The notes: generated by a model from the letters alone, not told the origin. A stretch of DNA of 64,000 nt from Trueperaceae bacterium (GCA_034520945.1 JAXHNB010000002.1:96001-160000); one strand, 5' to 3'; positions 37,866 to 49,182 are shown, numbered from the stretch's first letter. Translations and numbers: made by a program.

Positions 37866-40262
37866 ATGACAGCGACGTTCGTACGTTGGTTCGAGGACCT
37901 CGGCAAGGGCGACGTGCCCGAGGTCGGCGGCAAGAACGCGTCCCTGGGGGAAATGATCCGCGAATTGGGCCAAGAGGGGATCCGCGTGCCCGGCGGGTTC
38001 GCGACCAGCGCGGCGGCGTACCGCCGCTACGTCGCGGCCAATGGGATCGAGGCCGAGATGCGGCGGCATCTGGCCGATCTCGAATCGGGCGAACGGCCCC
38101 TGCACGAGGTCGGCAAGGCGGTCCGGCGGCTGTTCCTGCAGGGCGAGTTCCCCGACGACCTGCGCTCGGCGATCGGCGAGGCGTACGGCACGCTGTCCGA
38201 GCGCTGGGACAGCGACCACGTCGACGTGGCGGTGCGCAGCAGCGCCACCGCCGAGGACCTGCCCACCGCCAGCTTCGCGGGTCAACAGGAGACGTTCCTC
38301 AACATCAGCGGTGAAAACCAACTGCTGGAGGCGTGCCGGCGCTGCTACGCCTCCTTGTTCACCGACCGGGCGATCAGCTACCGGCAGAGCCAAGGGTTCG
38401 ACCATATGGAGGTCGCCCTGTCGATCGGCGTGCAGAAGATGGTGCGCAGCGACAAGGCCTCCTCGGGCGTGATGTTCAGCATCGACACCGAGACCGGCTT
38501 CCAGAACCTGGTGCTCATCAACGCCGCCTGGGGCCTGGGCGAAACGGTGGTGCAGGGCGCCGTCAACCCCGACGAGTACGCCGTGTTCAAGCCGCTCTTG
38601 GACAAAGACGGCCTGGTGCCCATCGTGGCCAAGGACCTCGGCTCCAAAGAGGTCAAGATGGTGTACACCAGTGGGGGGACGGCGACCACCAAGACCCAGG
38701 ACACCAGCACGCAGGAACGAAGCAGCTTCGTGCTGAACGACGAGGAGATCCTGCAGTTGGCCCGTTGGGCGTGCATCATCGAACGTCACTACGACTGTCC
38801 CATGGACATCGAGTGGGCCAAGGACGGGGACACCGGCAAGCTGTTCATCGTCCAGGCGCGACCCGAGACGGTGCAATCCCAGCGCGAGGCGGCGGCGCTG
38901 AAGAGCTACCGCCTGAAGGAGCACGGCACGCCGTTGGTCGAAGGGCTCGCCATCGGCGAGGCGATCGTGGGCGGCAAGGTGCAGGTCATCGAGCGCGCCG
39001 ACGAGATCGGCCGCTTCGAGGACGGCGCCATCCTGGTCACCGGCATGACCGACCCCGACTGGGTGCCGATCATGAAGCGCGCCTCGGCGATCGTCACCGA
39101 TCACGGCGGCCGCACCTGCCACGCCGCCATCGTGAGCCGCGAGCTGGGCATCCCGGCCCTGGCCGGCACCGGCAACGCCACACAAGTGCTGAAGGACGGG
39201 CAGGAGGTCACGCTGTCCTGCGCCGAAGGCGATCACGGCTTCGTGTACGAGGGCCTGCTGGACTACGAGGAGACGGAGCTCGACCTGAGCGACCTGCCCG
39301 AGCCCCGCACGCGGGTGATGATGAACATCGCCGATCCCGCCGCGGCGATCCGCTGGTGGCGGCTGCCCTGCCGGGGCATCGGCCTGGCGCGCATGGAGTT
39401 CATCATCAACAACGTCATCAAGGTGCACCCGATGGCGCTCGTCAAGTTCGACCAACTGGAGGACGGGCCCGCCAAGCGCGAGATCGCCCGCCTGACCCGC
39501 GGCTACGACGACAAGCCGGAGTACTTCGTCGATCACCTGGCCCGCGGCATCGCCAAGATCGCCGCGTCGCACTACCCCGAGCCGGTCATCGTGCGCATGA
39601 GCGACTTCAAGACCAACGAGTACGCCGACCTGATCGGCGGCGCGGGGTTCGAGCCGCACGAGTCCAACCCCATGCTGGGCTTCCGGGGGGCGTCGCGCTA
39701 CTACAACGAGCGCTACGAGCCGGGCTTCGCGCTGGAGTGCCGCGCCTTGGCGCGCGTGCGCGACGAGATCGGCCTGGACAACGTCGTCGCCATGATCCCG
39801 TTCTGCCGCACGTTGGCGGAGGCGGACCGGGTCCTGGAGGTGATGGCGGACCACGGCTTGCGGCGCGGCGAGCGCGGCCTCGAGGTGTACGTGATGGCGG
39901 AGCTGCCCTCCAACATCGTGCTGGCACGCGAGTTCGCGGAACGCTTCGACGGGTTCTCGATCGGGTCGAACGACCTGACGCAGCTGGTGCTCGGCATCGA
40001 CCGCGACTCCGCCGCGTTGGCCGATCTGTTCGACGAGCGCGACGAGGCGGTCAAGCGCTCCATTCGCACCTTGATCGAGGAGGCGCACGCCGTAGGGTCC
40101 AAGGTCGGGATCTGCGGCCAGGCGCCGTCGGACTACCCCGAGTTCGCGGCGTTCCTGATCCAGTGCGGCATCGACTCGATCTCGCTGAACCCCGACAGCG
40201 TCGTCGAGGTGATCCGCCGGATCGCCAAGGAGGAGGAGACGCAAGGGCCCGTGGCGGCCTGA
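37866..40262 (+). CDS. ppsA: Phosphoenolpyruvate synthase
   Basis: VGGKNASLGEM, AVRSSATAEDLP.ASFAGQQET, phospho-His motif TCHAAIVSRE, FSIGSNDLTQ, GICGQAPSD. Confidence 0.96.
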   Translation: MTATFVRWFEDLGKGDVPEVGGKNASLGEMIRELGQEGIRVPGGFATSAAAYRRYVAANGIEAEMRRHLADLESGERPLHEVGKAVRRLFLQGEFPDDLRSAIGEAYGTLSERWDSDHVDVAVRSSATAEDLPTASFAGQQETFLNISGENQLLEACRRCYASLFTDRAISYRQSQGFDHMEVALSIGVQKMVRSDKASSGVMFSIDTETGFQNLVLINAAWGLGETVVQGAVNPDEYAVFKPLLDKDGLVPIVAKDLGSKEVKMVYTSGGTATTKTQDTSTQERSSFVLNDEEILQLARWACIIERHYDCPMDIEWAKDGDTGKLFIVQARPETVQSQREAAALKSYRLKEHGTPLVEGLAIGEAIVGGKVQVIERADEIGRFEDGAILVTGMTDPDWVPIMKRASAIVTDHGGRTCHAAIVSRELGIPALAGTGNATQVLKDGQEVTLSCAEGDHGFVYEGLLDYEETELDLSDLPEPRTRVMMNIADPAAAIRWWRLPCRGIGLARMEFIINNVIKVHPMALVKFDQLEDGPAKREIARLTRGYDDKPEYFVDHLARGIAKIAASHYPEPVIVRMSDFKTNEYADLIGGAGFEPHESNPMLGFRGASRYYNERYEPGFALECRALARVRDEIGLDNVVAMIPFCRTLAEADRVLEVMADHGLRRGERGLEVYVMAELPSNIVLAREFAERFDGFSIGSNDLTQLVLGIDRDSAALADLFDERDEAVKRSIRTLIEEAHAVGSKVGICGQAPSDYPEFAAFLIQCGIDSISLNPDSVVEVIRRIAKEEETQGPVAA

Positions 40263-40338
40263 AGGGGGAAGCGCCGGCGCGCGTGCTCGTCACGCCCACG
40301 GGGGCGCGCGCCGGCCGACCTCGGCGGCGCGCGGCGTC

Positions 40339-40809
40339 TCACGCCGTGCGGTCCGCCTCCGGATCGTGCTTGACGATCAGGACCGGGCACGGGGCGAACT
40401 CCAGCACCCGTTCCGCCACCGAGCCCAGCAGCACGCGGGTGCGCGGGCGGCGCCCGACGTGCCCCATCACGATCAACTCGACGTCGTGATGGCGTGCGCG
40501 GCCGACGATCTCCTCGAACGGGTCGCCGCGCCGCACCTCGGACGCCACCGATAGCTCCATGCGCTCCGCTTCGCCGCTCAGGACGCGCACGTAGCGTTCG
40601 CCTTGCTGCTGCAACTCGCGGCGGACCTCCTCGAGCTCGCGTTGCTCGAAGCGCCGCAGCTCCTCGCACAACAGTAGGTCGATCACGTACAGCAGGAACA
40701 GCTTCGCATCGAACGTGCGCGCCATGCGAAACGCCAAGCGGGCGGCGGCCACCGAGGCGTCCGAGCCGTCGGTCGGGATCAGGATTCGGCGAAACAGACG
40801 TTCAGGCAT
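40339..40809 (-). CDS. Universal stress protein
   Basis: RILIPTDGS, LIVMG, LLGSVAERV...PCPVLIV. Overlaps the stop of ATPase subunit D. Confidence 0.93.
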   Translation of the reverse strand: MPERLFRRILIPTDGSDASVAAARLAFRMARTFDAKLFLLYVIDLLLCEELRRFEQRELEEVRRELQQQGERYVRVLSGEAERMELSVASEVRRGDPFEEIVGRARHHDVELIVMGHVGRRPRTRVLLGSVAERVLEFAPCPVLIVKHDPEADRTA

Positions 40810-41449
40810 CAGGATCCTCCGATCGTTCCTCGGTGAGGCGTGCCTTGACGCGCTTGCCGCGCACGAACGACTCGCGCTCGGCCTCTTCGAGCGTGGCTTC
40901 GACGCCGCGGATCGCCGCCTCCTTCTCGGGAATCAGCATCTTCTCCAGCGCATTCACGCGCCGTTGGGTGCGGGCCAGTTCCGCCGCCACGCGCCATACG
41001 GCGCCGTAGGTCTCGGCCCACACGTCCAGGGCTTCGATGACGTCCAACCAGCGACGACGCGCCTCGTCGAGCTCGACGGGGGTGCCGCCCGCGCTGGTCG
41101 TCAACGGTTCTGGGCGCACGTGCAGCGTGACCTTGGGCAGCACCACGCCCATCAGGTTGCGGGTGTCGACGGTGCAACGCGTGTCCGCCGAAGGGGCGAG
41201 AAGGGCCGAATGCACCACGTCGCTACCGGCGTCGAGCCGTGCGTCCCGAAGGGCCTGGTGTGCAGCGTCGAAGCGCAGGCGGATCCGGTCCTCGTGCTGA
41301 CGCACGGCGCGCATGAGGTCCCACACCTCGCGTAGCAGTACCTCGCGTTTGCGTTCCAGCAGCGCGTGCCCATCGCGCGCCTCGGACAACGACTGCCGCA
41401 GGTACAGCAGCGTCGCCCGGGTGTGCGGAAGGTCGGCGTCACGAGCCAT
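40802..41449 (-). CDS. atpD: V/A-type ATPase subunit D
   Basis: HTRATL..L.....[33 protein letters not shown]...K. Confidence 0.93.
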   Translation of the reverse strand: MARDADLPHTRATLLYLRQSLSEARDGHALLERKREVLLREVWDLMRAVRQHEDRIRLRFDAAHQALRDARLDAGSDVVHSALLAPSADTRCTVDTRNLMGVVLPKVTLHVRPEPLTTSAGGTPVELDEARRRWLDVIEALDVWAETYGAVWRVAAELARTQRRVNALEKMLIPEKEAAIRGVEATLEEAERESFVRGKRVKARLTEERSEDPDA

Positions 41450-42854
41450 CGGAGGCGGGCTCCAGGCTTCCGCGGTACCGCGCGCGCAGTTCGTCTTCGG
41501 ACAGGCGGTGCAGCTCGTCGGCGGGCAGTTCGGACAACGCCTCCCAGGCGACGTCCAGGGTCTCCTCGAAGCTACGCGAGGTGTCGCGCGGCTGCGCCAG
41601 CAGGCGGTTCTCGAACGCGTCCCCGAACGTCAGATAGGTCCGGTCCGTGCCCGACAGGGCGCTCTCCCCGATGATGACCGCCAGGTTGCGGACCTCACGG
41701 ACACGGGCGTACGAGGCGAACAGTTGCGCCGCGACGTCGGCGTGGTCTTCGCGCGTGCGCCCCGCGCCGATGCCGTCCTTCATCAGCCTGGAAAGCGACG
41801 CCGGCACGTCCACCGGCGGGTAGACGCCCTGCCGGTGGAGGGCGCGCGAAAGCACGATCTGCCCCTCCGTGATGTAGCCGGTCAGGTCGGGAATGGGATG
41901 GGTGAGGTCGTCGCCCGGCATGGACAGCACCGGGATCTGCGTCAGCGATCCGGGGCGGCCCCGCACCCGGCCGCACCGTTCGTACAGGCTCGCCAGATCC
42001 GTGTACAGGTAGCCGGGATAGCCCTTGCGGCCCGGCACCTCGTTCTTCCGGGCGGACAGCTCGCGCAACGCTTCGGCGTAATTGGTCATGTCCGTCATCA
42101 GCGTCAGCACGTGCATCCCGTGCTCGAACGCGAGGTACTCGGCCAGCGTGAGGGCCGCCCGGGGCGTCACGATCCGTTCCATCGGCGCGTCGTCGGCCAG
42201 GTTCAGGAACAGTGCGGTTCGACTCAGCATGCCCGTGGAGGCGAACCGTTCCCGGAAGTACGCGGCGGTGTCGTACGAGATGCCGAGCGCCACGAACACC
42301 ACCGCGAAGTCCGAGTGCCGCCCCTCGTCCGCGCCGCGCGCCGTTTCGCCGAGGCGTGCCTGCAAGGCGATCTGCGACGCGATCTCGTCGTGGGGAAGAC
42401 CCGCCGCCGAGAAGATCGGGAGCTTCTGCCCGCGCACCAAGGTGTTGAGCCCGTCGATGGCGGACATGCCGGTCTCGATCACGTCGTGCGGGTAGGCGCG
42501 CGCCGTGGGGTTCAGGGGGGCACCATGCACGTCCAGCCACGCTTCGGGAACCGGGGGCGGAAGCCCGTCGCGGGGCCGGCCCAGGCCGTCGAAGGTGCGC
42601 CCCAGCATCTCGCGGGCGACGCCCAGGTGCAGCGTTTCGCCGCGGAAGCGCACGCGGAGGTCGTGGGCGCGCAGACCGGTGGTGTCGCCCCACAACTCGA
42701 CGACGGTGACGTCGCTGCCGGCCGACAGCACCTCCCCCAGCCGCGTGCCCGTCGGGGAGGTGACCTCCACGACCTCGCCGTAGGCCGCGTGGCCCACGTC
42801 CCTCAACACCAGAAGGGGGCCGTTCAGCTGGTCGGCGCGGGCGACGTCGATCAT
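41439..42854 (-). CDS. atpB: V/A-type ATPase subunit B
   Basis: [56 protein letters not shown]. Confidence 0.96.
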   Translation of the reverse strand: MIDVARADQLNGPLLVLRDVGHAAYGEVVEVTSPTGTRLGEVLSAGSDVTVVELWGDTTGLRAHDLRVRFRGETLHLGVAREMLGRTFDGLGRPRDGLPPPVPEAWLDVHGAPLNPTARAYPHDVIETGMSAIDGLNTLVRGQKLPIFSAAGLPHDEIASQIALQARLGETARGADEGRHSDFAVVFVALGISYDTAAYFRERFASTGMLSRTALFLNLADDAPMERIVTPRAALTLAEYLAFEHGMHVLTLMTDMTNYAEALRELSARKNEVPGRKGYPGYLYTDLASLYERCGRVRGRPGSLTQIPVLSMPGDDLTHPIPDLTGYITEGQIVLSRALHRQGVYPPVDVPASLSRLMKDGIGAGRTREDHADVAAQLFASYARVREVRNLAVIIGESALSGTDRTYLTFGDAFENRLLAQPRDTSRSFEETLDVAWEALSELPADELHRLSEDELRARYRGSLEPASDGS

Positions 42855-44620
42855 GCGGGTCGCACCTCCTCGACCTCCTGGCGGAGGGCGTTCAGGGTCC
42901 GGAAGGTCGATCGCGCGACCTCGTCGATCTCGCCGGCGTCCTCCGCCGACTCCTTGAGGCGCGTCAGTGTGGCGCGGTCGAGGTTTTCGCGCAGGCGCAG
43001 CAGCGGCACGCCGGCTTCGATCAGGTCGGCGCCCAGCTCGTGCAGCTCGACGAAGAACGCCAACAGCCGGGCCTGCTTGGCCGGCTCGCAGAACGCGTCG
43101 ACGTCGTGCAGGGCGTTCTGGCGCAAGAATCCCTCCTTGAGGAGCTCGGCCGCCGCCAGCACCCACCGTTGCCGGTCGGGCAGCGCTTCGGCGCCCACCA
43201 GGTGCACCATCTGCTCCAGCCGGGCGTCCTCCTCGAGCACGTCGCCGGCGCGCCGGCGCAGGTCGAGCCAGTCCGATCCGGTCGTCTCGCGCCACCACGG
43301 CGCCACCGCGTCCGTGTAGAAGGTGTAGCTGCGGCGCCAACTCACGGCCGGGTAGTGGCGCGCGCTGGCGAGGTCGCGGTCCAGCGCCCAGAACGCCCGC
43401 GTGAAGCGTTGCGTGTGCTGCGTGACCGGTTCGGTGAAGTCGCCGCCGGGCGGGCTGACCGATCCGATGACCGTCACCGACCCCTCGTCACCGCCGAGGG
43501 TGGTGACGTGGCCCGCCCGCTCGTAGAAGGCCGCCAGGCGGGAGGGGAGGTAGGCGGGGTAGCCCTCCTCGGCCGGCATCTCCTCCAGTCGCCCCGCGAT
43601 CTCGCGCAGCGCTTCGGCCCAGCGCGAGGTGGAGTCGGCCATCATGGCCACGTGAAACCCCTGGTCGCGGTAGTACTCGGCCAGCGTGATGCCGGTGTAG
43701 ATGCTGGCTTCGCGGGCGGCGACCGGCATGTTGGAGGTGTTCGCCACCAGGATGGTGCGTTCCATCAGCGGGCGCCCACTGCGTGGGTCGACCAACGCCG
43801 GGAACTCCTCCAGGACTTGGATCATCTCGTTGCCGCGCTCGCCGCAACCGACGTAGACGATCACGTCGGCGTCGGACCACTTGGCCAAGGAGTGCTGCAG
43901 CACCGTCTTGCCGGCCCCGAACGGGCCCGGAAGCGCGGCCGTGCCGCCGCGCGTGAGGGGGAAGAAGGTGTCCAGCACGCGCTGGCCGGTCACCATCGGC
44001 CGGTCGGGTTCCAGGCGGGCACGGCTGGGGCGCGGGCGGCGCACCGGCCAGCGATGGGCCAACCGCACGATGTGCTCGGCGCCGCCGGCGGTTTCGAGGC
44101 GCGCCACCTCGTCCTCGGCGCCCAGTTCGCCCTCCCCCGCCACGCGCTTTACCGTGCCGGACGCCTCAGGCGGGACCAGCACCCGATGCGTCACCAACGG
44201 CGTCTCTGGGACCGTGCCCAGCACCGCGCCGGGACCTACCTCGTCGCCGGCGCGCACGTTCGGCGTGAACGGCCAGCGCCGCGAAAACAGCTGCGCCGTG
44301 GCGCCGCGACGGAGGTAGATGCCCCCTTCGTCGCGCAACGCCTCGAGGGGACGCTGGATGCCGTCCACCGTCGCCCCCACGAGGCCGGGCCCCAGCAGGA
44401 CCGACAACGGGTGGCCGGTCCCCTCCACGGGCTCCCCGGGGCGCAGGCCGCTGGTCTCCTCGTAGATTTGGACGGTGGCCCTGGCGCCGTCGATGGAGAT
44501 CACCTCCGCCGCCAGCCGGTCGTGTCCGACCCACACGTGTTCCAACACCCCGACGGGCGCGTGGGTGCGCATCCGTGCGATCGGTCCCGAGATCCGCTCC
44601 AAGGTGCCGACCACGCTCAT
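42851..44620 (-). CDS. atpA: V/A-type ATPase catalytic subunit A
   Basis: Walker [55 protein letters not shown]. Confidence 0.97.
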   Translation of the reverse strand: MSVVGTLERISGPIARMRTHAPVGVLEHVWVGHDRLAAEVISIDGARATVQIYEETSGLRPGEPVEGTGHPLSVLLGPGLVGATVDGIQRPLEALRDEGGIYLRRGATAQLFSRRWPFTPNVRAGDEVGPGAVLGTVPETPLVTHRVLVPPEASGTVKRVAGEGELGAEDEVARLETAGGAEHIVRLAHRWPVRRPRPSRARLEPDRPMVTGQRVLDTFFPLTRGGTAALPGPFGAGKTVLQHSLAKWSDADVIVYVGCGERGNEMIQVLEEFPALVDPRSGRPLMERTILVANTSNMPVAAREASIYTGITLAEYYRDQGFHVAMMADSTSRWAEALREIAGRLEEMPAEEGYPAYLPSRLAAFYERAGHVTTLGGDEGSVTVIGSVSPPGGDFTEPVTQHTQRFTRAFWALDRDLASARHYPAVSWRRSYTFYTDAVAPWWRETTGSDWLDLRRRAGDVLEEDARLEQMVHLVGAEALPDRQRWVLAAAELLKEGFLRQNALHDVDAFCEPAKQARLLAFFVELHELGADLIEAGVPLLRLRENLDRATLTRLKESAEDAGEIDEVARSTFRTLNALRQEVEEVRPA

Positions 44621-45264
44621 CGCGACGTCCGCCCGTCCGGTGTGTCTTCGGAGGCCCGCGCTGCGAGGCGTGCCTCGACCTCGCCACGCAAGCGCGTGCG
44701 CGCCCCCTCCAGCCGGTTCGCGAAGGTGGCGTCCACGCTGGCCCGCCCCGAACGGGCCACCAGGCCGCGCCCCTGCTGGAGCGGCTCCGCGGCGCGCTGC
44801 AGGGCCGGTCCGTCCTCCTCGGCCCACGCGGCGACCTCTTCGCCGCTGCACCGGGCGTGCATGGTGGGATCGAGCTGCACCACGACGGTGTCGCCCCCCA
44901 GCTCCCGGGCCGCCTGCCGCGCCAAGCGGGCGAGCGTATCGGCGTACGCCGCTTCGAAGGTGTGCTCCTCCAGCGCGGCCTGGGCCGCGGTGAACGCCTG
45001 CTCGATCCGTGCCTCCCGCGCCTCCAACATGCGCTGCTTCCGCTCCAGCTCCGCGGTCGCCAAGCGCCGGCGCTTCGCCTCCGCCGCGTCGCGCCGGCCC
45101 TGCGCCAGGATCGCCTCGCGCGCGTGTTCCGCGCGCTGCTGGCCCTCCTCCTGGATGCGACGCGCCTCCTCTTCGCTGGATGCCTCTCGCGCCAGGGCGC
45201 GTTGCTCCGCGCGCCGCCGCACGCGCGCGATCAGGCCGTCCAGATCGCCTAGAACGCGGCTCAC
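44617..45264 (-). CDS. atpE: V/A-type ATPase subunit E
   Basis: Long charged coiled coil, then a globular domain ending GL......RASVDATF..RL; operon position. Confidence 0.82.
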   Translation of the reverse strand: MSRVLGDLDGLIARVRRRAEQRALAREASSEEEARRIQEEGQQRAEHAREAILAQGRRDAAEAKRRRLATAELERKQRMLEAREARIEQAFTAAQAALEEHTFEAAYADTLARLARQAARELGGDTVVVQLDPTMHARCSGEEVAAWAEEDGPALQRAAEPLQQGRGLVARSGRASVDATFANRLEGARTRLRGEVEARLAARASEDTPDGRTSR

Positions 45265-45268
45265 GGCG

Positions 45269-45586
45269 TCACCGCTCCAGACGCAGGCCCAGGACGCGTT
45301 CGACCCGTTCGCCCAGGGGCGCGTAGGCGGTGGGGTCGTCCGGGTCGGGGATCTCGACCAGGAGGGGGCCACGGTCGTCCAGCGCGGCACGCTCGACGCG
45401 GTCCCGCAGCGGTTCGCTCCACGCCCGGCCCAACAGCACCATGCACACGCCGGGGGCGGCCAACGCCTCGTCCAGCGCGGCGGCCGCCTCGGCGGGCGTC
45501 GTCACGGCCGTGCCCTCGATGCCCAGGAGGCCCAGGCCGAGGACCGTGTCCGGCGGGCCGACCACCACGATCCGCCCCCGCCTCAT
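45269..45586 (-). CDS. atpF: V/A-type ATPase subunit F
   Basis: IVVVGPPDTVLGLGLLGIEG, PLLVEIP, VERVLGL. Confidence 0.88.
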   Translation of the reverse strand: MRRGRIVVVGPPDTVLGLGLLGIEGTAVTTPAEAAAALDEALAAPGVCMVLLGRAWSEPLRDRVERAALDDRGPLLVEIPDPDDPTAYAPLGERVERVLGLRLER

Positions 45587-45903
45587 CCGCCCCCCAGGAT
45601 GATGAACGACACGATCAGGCCGTAGATCACGATGCCTTCGGCCAGGCCGACGAAGATCAGCGTGCGCCCGAGCAACTCGGGTTTCTCGGCGATGGCGCCG
45701 ATGGCGGCGGCGCCGGCGATCCCTACGGCGATGCCGGCCCCGATGGCCGCCAGGCCGGTCGCGACGGCGGCCGCCAGCGCATCGCGCGACGCCGCGTCGC
45801 CGGCCTCCTGGGCCGCCGCGAAGCCGGCCACGAAGGCGAACATGCATACGAGCACGACCACGACGCGGGCGTACCGGCGGGGAACGAGGGGGAGCCTAGG
45901 CAT
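45583..45903 (-). CDS. atpK: V/A-type ATPase proteolipid (subunit K/c), single hairpin with leader
   Basis: GLAAIGAGIAVG..GAAAIGAIAEKP...IFVGLAEGIVIYGL with the essential Glu; signal-like N-terminus ending AAAQ. Confidence 0.93.
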   Translation of the reverse strand: MPRLPLVPRRYARVVVVLVCMFAFVAGFAAAQEAGDAASRDALAAAVATGLAAIGAGIAVGIAGAAAIGAIAEKPELLGRTLIFVGLAEGIVIYGLIVSFIILGGG

Positions 45904-47788
45904 CGGTACCTCCTGCGAACGAGAACGAAAGGGGACGGAAGGGGGTGCCCGTACCTTGGAAGAAGCGCCCGAAGAACTCGTAGTACTGCAGGCGGAGCGC
46001 CTGGATGCCGACGATGAGGCCCTCGAACCCGACGATGAGGGCGGTGCCGAGCAGGAAGACCGCCCACCCCATCGGCCCGCTGGCGTACTGCAGCACCACG
46101 CCGGACAGGCCTTCGTGCGCGACGGCGAACGCACCCAGCCGCACGAACGACAGGCTGTTCGACAGGTAGGCGATGACCGCTTCGAACAGCTCGAAGAACC
46201 CCGTCACCACGTGTGCGCCGGGCCGGACGGGCGCGCCACGCATCCGCTCCGCCAACGGCTCGCGGAACCACATGGCGGCCGCCAGCGGCGCCAGCAGCGC
46301 CAGCCAGGCGCCGGTCGGGATCCACCCGGCGTACGCCGCCAGCCCTCCGCCCAGCAGCGCCCAGTACAACGCCGCGCCCAGGACGCCGCTCTTGTCGAGC
46401 CAGAAGCGCGGCGCGTCGCCGGTGCGCCACGCCGAGATCAGGTTCAGGGCGAAGCCGAGATTCAGGATGACGGCCCCCGCCACCACCGCCGCGATCAACA
46501 GAGGAAAGATGGCGTGCATCGGCTGCAGCCACAACGGCGGCGTGACGGCCGCGCCGAAGGCGACGCCGTAGAGGGCGCCGAACCCCGTCGCGGTGGCGCC
46601 CGCGGCGGCCACGACGGTGCCGAACGAGGTCGCGCGGCGCAGCAGCAGCCCGACCCCGAACAGCAGCGCGCCGTGCCCCATGTCCCCGAACATCATTCCG
46701 TACGTGAACAGGAACACGATCGCCGTGACCAGCGTGGGATCCACCTCGTCGTACCCGGCCAGGCCGAAGGTGGTGACGAGCGCTTCGAAGGGTCGAAGCC
46801 AGGAGGGATTGCGCACCAGGCTCGGCACGTCGCGACGCCCAGGATTGGGGGGAAACGTCTCCACCACCAGGGGGTACTCGGCCACGGCGCGGACCCGTTG
46901 TTCGACCCGCGCGGCACGCGAGCGTGCCAGCCAGCCCGCGATCACGTACACGCCGTCCCGGTAGGGGAAGTGGCGAATCGCCGCGCACGCCTCGACGTTC
47001 GCTCGCGCCTTCGCGGACGCGGCCAGCACGCGCGGCCCGAGGTCCCGCGCGAGCTCCGCCCGGTGCCCGTCCAGTTCCTCGCGCCGTGCCCGCGCCGGCT
47101 CGAGGTCGGCCGCGACCGCGTCCGACGCCTCGTCCGGGGCGCCCCGTACGTGCGCGGGAAGCTCGACCGGCTCGAAGAACGCGGTACGGAGCGCACGGTC
47201 CAGGACGTGCCCGTCCTCGTGCGCCGTGGAGGCGGCGACCAGGGTGCGTGCCCCCCGGCGCTCCAAGGGGACCAGCACGAACGCCACCTGGAACAGGGCG
47301 GCCGCGACGCGATCGACGTTCGCTTCGGGCAGCGTGCCGATCGCGAGGTGATGGTGACGAAGCGTGCGGAGGTCCTCCACGTTCGCGTCCAGTGGGCCGA
47401 GCAGGGCGAGTTGCCGCTGGGCCTCCTGCAGATCGTCGATGTCGCGTCGCACCTGCTGGACGTCGTCGCGCCAGGAGCCGACGCGGGTTTCGAAGCGCAC
47501 CAGCTCGTCCTCGAGGTCCTCCCGGTCGGTGGAGGGATGCGGCTCCACCTCGTCCAGTGGCAGTGGCGCTTCATTCAGGCCGAGCGCGGAGCGGACGTCG
47601 TCCAGCCGTTGCGCGAGCGTCTGGTAGGCCTCGAAGCGCTCCGTCCACACCGGCGCGGGGGCCCAGTGTTCGCCCTCCTGCACCTCGAGGTGCAGGGCGC
47701 GTTCCCGCATGAGGGCCACCGTGACGCGCTCGAGGTCGCGTTCGTTCACGAACAGGCTCGTCTCCAACAAGCGGTCGGGGGCCAGCAT
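45896..47788 (-). CDS. atpI: V/A-type ATPase subunit I (a)
   Basis: PFE.LV..FG...Y.EVDPT, YGMMFGDMGHG, SNSLSFVRL (essential Arg), EGLIVGIQALRLQYYEFF. Confidence 0.95.
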   Translation of the reverse strand: MLAPDRLLETSLFVNERDLERVTVALMRERALHLEVQEGEHWAPAPVWTERFEAYQTLAQRLDDVRSALGLNEAPLPLDEVEPHPSTDREDLEDELVRFETRVGSWRDDVQQVRRDIDDLQEAQRQLALLGPLDANVEDLRTLRHHHLAIGTLPEANVDRVAAALFQVAFVLVPLERRGARTLVAASTAHEDGHVLDRALRTAFFEPVELPAHVRGAPDEASDAVAADLEPARARREELDGHRAELARDLGPRVLAASAKARANVEACAAIRHFPYRDGVYVIAGWLARSRAARVEQRVRAVAEYPLVVETFPPNPGRRDVPSLVRNPSWLRPFEALVTTFGLAGYDEVDPTLVTAIVFLFTYGMMFGDMGHGALLFGVGLLLRRATSFGTVVAAAGATATGFGALYGVAFGAAVTPPLWLQPMHAIFPLLIAAVVAGAVILNLGFALNLISAWRTGDAPRFWLDKSGVLGAALYWALLGGGLAAYAGWIPTGAWLALLAPLAAAMWFREPLAERMRGAPVRPGAHVVTGFFELFEAVIAYLSNSLSFVRLGAFAVAHEGLSGVVLQYASGPMGWAVFLLGTALIVGFEGLIVGIQALRLQYYEFFGRFFQGTGTPFRPLSFSFAGGTDA

Positions 47789-47791
47789 GCC

Positions 47792-48796
47792 TCACGCCCC
47801 CGGTCGTTCGGGGAGATCGACGTCGCGCCCCTGACGCTTCGCTTCCAACAGCCGGACCAGGTCGTCCACCTCCGCCTCCAGTTCGATCAGGTACGCCAAC
47901 GGCAGGCCGATGCCGAACGGGCTCCGCGCGAAGCGGCGATGCGCCTCGAGGCGGCGCAAGGCCTCGGTACGCTTCTCCAGCGCACGCACGTTCTCGCGTT
48001 CGCTCGCGTCGGGCGGGAGTTCGACGCCCAGCGCGGCGGCCTCCACCTGCAGCGGGGCGCCGGCGGCGACCCGCTGCACCATGGCCAGTCCACCGCCGAA
48101 GTCCTTGTGGAGGCAGAAGTTCACGACCTCCTCGGGGCGCATGCCGGCCACATTGCGGTAGCGCGCGGCCGCCAGCAGATTGCCGCGGGCCAGCCAGCGG
48201 CCCAGCAGCGTTTCGGCGTCCTGCCGGTCGCCACGCCCCAGCGCCTCGATGCGGGACACCAGGCCCTGCTGGAAGGCGAGGTCCAGGGCGACCTCCAGGA
48301 AGAACGGCCGGCGCTCGGCCCGGAACCGGTCCCAGGCGTCGTCCAGCGCCTTGCCGTAGGGACGGCCTGCCATCACGCCGCGGAGGGCGTCCAGCGAGCG
48401 GACAGCGGCCAGTTCGGCGACGATCGGGTCGTCGTCGGCCTGCCGTGTCGTGCCGGCGAGCGCCTCGTCGATCGAGCGGCGATGGTGCAGCGCCCGGATC
48501 AGCAGTTTCAGGTCCTGCACCTCGAAGCGGCTGGCGTACCAGCGGAGCAGCTCCCGCCCCCGGCGCGGCAGCGCGTCCGCCAGGGAGCGCGTATCGCGGT
48601 AGACGTGGCGGCGGAGCGTGCGTTCGACGTGTTCCGTCTGCGCGACGTGGGGGTGCGCGGTCTCGGCCAGGATGTCGAGGGCGCGTTCACGCCCGGAGGC
48701 GTTCAGAAGTTCGCGCCACGTCCCGCCTTCCAGCAGCCGCGCGCGCCGCGCGCGGGTCCGGGCCTGGGCGGAGGCGTAGCCCACCGCGGCCAGCAC
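47792..48796 (-). CDS. atpC: V/A-type ATPase subunit C (d)
   Basis: YASAQARTRARRARLL, E.QDLK.L.R, LEVALD, LAYL..LE.EV.DL. GTG start just after the upstream stop. Confidence 0.85.
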   Translation of the reverse strand: MLAAVGYASAQARTRARRARLLEGGTWRELLNASGRERALDILAETAHPHVAQTEHVERTLRRHVYRDTRSLADALPRRGRELLRWYASRFEVQDLKLLIRALHHRRSIDEALAGTTRQADDDPIVAELAAVRSLDALRGVMAGRPYGKALDDAWDRFRAERRPFFLEVALDLAFQQGLVSRIEALGRGDRQDAETLLGRWLARGNLLAAARYRNVAGMRPEEVVNFCLHKDFGGGLAMVQRVAAGAPLQVEAAALGVELPPDASERENVRALEKRTEALRRLEAHRRFARSPFGIGLPLAYLIELEAEVDDLVRLLEAKRQGRDVDLPERPGA

Positions 48797-48797
48797 G

Positions 48798-49133
48798 TCA
48801 AGGTTCCTTGGCCGTGACCCAGCGAACGATCCGTTCGGCGGCGACGTCCACGCGCGACGCGGCCGCTGCATCGGCTTCGGCGATCCGTTCGCCCGACCGG
48901 CGCGCCTCCTCCTCGACGGCGTCCTCCGCCTCAGCGAGCGCCTCGCGTTGGGCGCGCTCCGCCTCCGCGCGCGCCTCGTCGCGGGCGGCCCGCACCACCT
49001 CGTCGGCCTCGCGGCGGGCGCGCGCCACGTGCGCCTCCGCCGCGGCGTCCGCGTCTTCGACGCGCCCGCGGGCATCCGCCTCGCTTGCGAGCAACCGGTG
49101 CAGGACCTCCTGCGCCGTCACGGCCTGGCTCAT
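48798..49133 (-). CDS. V/A-type ATPase peripheral stalk subunit G/H
   Basis: 111-aa Ala/Glu/Arg coiled coil (L..E..A...VE.A...A....ARAR.EA); first gene of the operon. Confidence 0.78.
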   Translation of the reverse strand: MSQAVTAQEVLHRLLASEADARGRVEDADAAAEAHVARARREADEVVRAARDEARAEAERAQREALAEAEDAVEEEARRSGERIAEADAAAASRVDVAAERIVRWVTAKEP

Positions 49134-49139
49134 GATTCG

Positions 49140-49182
49140 ACGGTAGGGCCGCACCGGCTGTCGCACCAGAGCGAATTGTCCC
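49140..49182 (-). promoter_or_regulatory. Putative leaderless promoter of the ATPase operon with upstream activator-like box
   Basis: TACCGT (49145-49140) 6 nt before the ATG; GGGACAATTCGCTC (49182-49169) 23 nt upstream of the -10. Confidence 0.5.
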
